64,000 nucleotides of DNA from the human T2T-CHM13v2.0 reference genome, Homo sapiens. Under the pieces are notes generated by a model that saw only the letters and a program-made list of their open reading frames with translations, was not told where the DNA came from and made no database searches. Every line of letters starts with the position of its first letter. Within the stretch, counting starts at the first letter, position 1. Shown here piece by piece: positions 61,635 through 64,000 of the stretch. Both the position numbers and the translations under genes were made by a program. The DNA lies in NCBI RefSeq assembly GCF_009914755.1, contig NC_060931.1, one strand, 5' to 3'.

Positions 61635-64000
61635 TTCAACTCACAGAGTTTAACCTTTCTTTTCTTAGAGCAGTTTAGAAACACTCTGCTTGTTATGACT
61701 GCAAGTGGATATTTGGACCTCTTTGAGGCCTTCGTTGCAAACGGGGTTTCTTCCTTTCATGCTAGACTAAGAAGAGTTCTCAGTAACTTTTTTGTGTTGT
61801 GTGTATTCAACTCACAGAGTTGAACCTTGCTTTAGAGAGAGCAGATTTGAAACACTCTTGCTGTGGCATTTTCAGGTGGAGATTTCAAGCGATTTGAGGA
61901 CAATTGCAGAAAAGGAAATATCTTCGTATAATAACCAGACAGAATCATTCTCAGAAAGTGCTTTGTGATGTGTGCGTTCAACTCACAGAGTTTAACCTTT
62001 CTTTTCATAGAGGAGTTTGGAAACACACTGTTTGTAAGGACTGCAAGTGGATATATGGACCTGTTTGAGGCCTTCGTTGGAAACGGGATTTCTTCATTGA
62101 ATGCTAGACGGAAGAATTCTCAGTAAATTCTTTGTGTTGTGTGCATTCAAGTCATAGAGTGGAACGTCCCTTTAGACACAGCAGATTTGAAACACTCTTT
62201 TTGCGGAATTTGCAAGTGGAGATTTCTAGCCATTTGATGCCAACAGTAGAAAGGGAAATATCTTCAAATAAAAACCAGACAGAATCATTCTCAGCAAATT
62301 CTTTGTGATGTGTGCGTTCAACTCACATAGTTTAACCTTTCTTTTCATAGAGCAGTTTGGAAACACTCTGTTTGTAAAGTCTGCAAGTGGATATATGGAC
62401 CGCATTGAGGCCTTCGTTGGAAACGGGATTTCTTCATTTCATGCTAGACAGAAGAATTCTCAGTAACTTCTTTGTGCTGTGTGTATTCAACTCACAGAGT
62501 GGAACGTCCCTTTGCACAGAGCAGATTTGAAACACTCTTTTTGTGGAGTTTGCAAGTGGAGATTTCAAGCGATTTGATGCCAACAGTAGAAAAGGAAATA
62601 TCTTCAAATAAAAACTAGACAGAATCATTCTCAGAAACTACTTTGTGATGTGTGCCTTCAACTCACAGAGTTCAACCTTTCTTTTCTTAGAGCAGTTTAG
62701 AAACACTCTGCTTGTTATGTCTGCAAGTGGATATTTGGACCTCTTTGAGGCCTTCGTTGCAAACGGGGTTTCTTCCTTTCATGCTAGACTAAGAAGAGTT
62801 CTCAGTAACTTTTTTGTGTTGTGTGTATTCAACTCACAGAGTTGAACCTTGCTTTAGAGAGAGCAGATTTGAAACACTCTTGCTGTGGCATTTTCAGGTG
62901 GAGATTTCAAGCGATTTGAGGACAATTGCAGAAAAGGAAATATCTTCGTATAATAACCAGACAGAATCATTCTCAGAAAGTGCTTTGTGATGTGTGCGTT
63001 CAACTCACAGAGTTTAACCTTTCTTTTCATAGAGGAGTTTGGAAACACACTGTTTGTAAAGTCTGCAAGTGGATACATGGACCTGTTTGAGGCCTTCGTT
63101 GGAAACGGGATTTCTTCATTGAATGCTAGACGGAAGAATTCTCAGTAAATTCTTTGTGTTGTGTGCATTCAACTCACAGAGTGGAACGTCCCTTTAGACA
63201 GAGCAGATTTGAAACACTCTTTTTGCGGAATTTGCAAGTGGAGATTTCTAGCCATTTGATGCCAACAGTAGAAAGGGAAATATCTTCAAATAAAAACCAG
63301 ACAGAATCATTCTCAGCAAATTCTTTGTGATGTGTGCGTTCAACTCACATAGTTTAACCTTTCTTTTCATAGAGCAGTTTGGAAACACTCTGTTTGTAAA
63401 GTCTGCAAGTGGATATATGGACCGCATTGAGGCCTTCGTTGGAAACGGGATTTCTTCATTTCATGCTAGACAGAAGAATTCTCAGTAACTTCTTTGTGCT
63501 GTGTGTATTCAACTCACAGAGTGGAACGTCCCTTTGCACAGAGCAGATTTGAAACACTCTTTTTGTGGAGTTTGCAAGTGGAGATTTCAAGCGATTTGAT
63601 GCCAACAGTAGAAAAGGAAATATCTTCAAATAAAAACTAGACAGAATCATTCTCAGAAACTACTTTGTGATGTGTGCCTTCAACTCACAGAGTTCAACCT
63701 TTCTTTTCTTAGAGCAGTTTAGAAACACTCTGCTTGTTATGTCTGCAAGTGGATATTTGGACCTCTTTGAGGCCTTCGTTGCAAACGGGGTTTCTTCCTT
63801 TCATGCTAGACTAAGAAGAGTTCTCAGTAACTTTTTTGTGTTGTGTGTATTCAACTCACAGAGTTGAACCTTGCTTTAGAGACAGCAGATTTGAAACACT
63901 CTTGCTGTGGCATTTTCAGGTGGAGATTTCAAGCGATTTGAGGACAATTGCAGAAAAGGAAATATCTTCGTATAATAACCAGACAGAATCATTCTCAGAA

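Larger units (their letters stand above)
1..64000 (+). repeat. D7Z1: Centromeric alpha-satellite HOR array, SF1 dimeric type, 1022-bp 6-monomer HOR; most likely human chr7 D7Z1 (S1C7H1L) active array
   Basis: Seen: continuous ~171-bp monomers with alphoid motifs (CATTCTCAGAAA, TTCAACTCACAGAG, TTTGAAACACTCTTT). Dimer C recurs 54 times at spacings of 1022 bp (43x), 1702 bp (8x) or 2721 bp (2x). EcoRI GAATTC is present in dimers A and B but not in C (GAGTTC), giving 340/682-bp fragments. Knowledge: D7Z1 is an SF1 6-mer of about 1.02 kb, and AGCGATTTGAGGACAATTGC / GCTGTGGCATTTTCAGGTGG match chr7 alphoid oligos as I recall them (unverified). Alpha-satellite identity is near certain; the chr7 assignment is about 0.85. 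Confidence 0.95.
45256..64000 (+). repeat. 9533-bp (56-monomer) tandem duplication, second copy cut by the window end
   Basis: Private variants at 47400, 48204, 48422, 49108, 50935, the deletion after 50982, 52165, 52618, 52622 and 54350 all recur at +9533. The left boundary is approximate. Confidence 0.92.

Noticed and set aside
663-63867. Many repeated 64-74 aa ORFs on both strands (MMCAFNSQS..., MFPNSSMKRK..., MILSSFYLK..., MYPLADF...)
   Set aside because: These are chance open frames in alpha-satellite, often with non-ATG starts and no recognisable domain. They appear or vanish with single satellite SNVs (e.g. TTTGCAC vs TTTACAC) and are useful only as positional markers.
1-64000. CRISPR-like regularly spaced conserved motifs
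   Set aside because: The intervening sequences are themselves repeats rather than unique spacers, no cas genes are present, and the motif is the CENP-B box.
1-64000. Embedded L1/Alu insertion, inversion or foreign sequence
   Set aside because: All spacings are accounted for by 340/342-bp dimers minus two 1-bp deletions. Orientation never changes and no non-alphoid stretch was seen.
1-64000. Assignment to the chr1/5/19 SF1 array (D1Z7/D5Z2/D19Z3)
   Set aside because: That array is also SF1 with 6-mer forms, but the clearly diverged 342-bp C dimer with GGACAATTGC and GCTGTGGCATTTTCAGG fits D7Z1 better as I recall it. A HumAS-HMMER or BLAST run would settle this.
1-64000. A previously undescribed gene-based biological system
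   Set aside because: Nothing in the window lies outside the satellite. The unusual signals concern repeat evolution, and their novelty cannot be established without database comparison.

Overview
The whole 64 kb is one uninterrupted, single-orientation array of primate (almost certainly human) centromeric alpha-satellite. It has the dimeric suprachromosomal family 1 (SF1) organisation, with a CENP-B box in every second ~171-bp monomer. The canonical higher-order repeat (HOR) is a 1022-bp hexamer of three dimers, called here A (340 bp), B (340 bp) and C (342 bp). This fits the live chromosome 7 array D7Z1 (S1C7H1L), an assignment made from memory and not database-checked. I find no credible genes, RNA genes, transposon insertions, inversions or CRISPR arrays; the ORF track is a by-product of the repeat. 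No new biological system is supported. The points of interest are structural. There are 12 hybrid junctions that drop dimer C, all within the same 30-bp identity tract, and a rarer A-B-A-B*-B-A-B variant carrying the only visible indel. Nested super-repeats occur at 2044, 3066, 4768, 6132, 6812, 9536 and 9533 bp, and both large duplications are exactly 56 monomers long. Some alleles appear to have moved between different dimers. The variants seen by eye are transversion-rich and include no CpG loss. All counts come from manual reading and ORF-track spacing and need computational confirmation.
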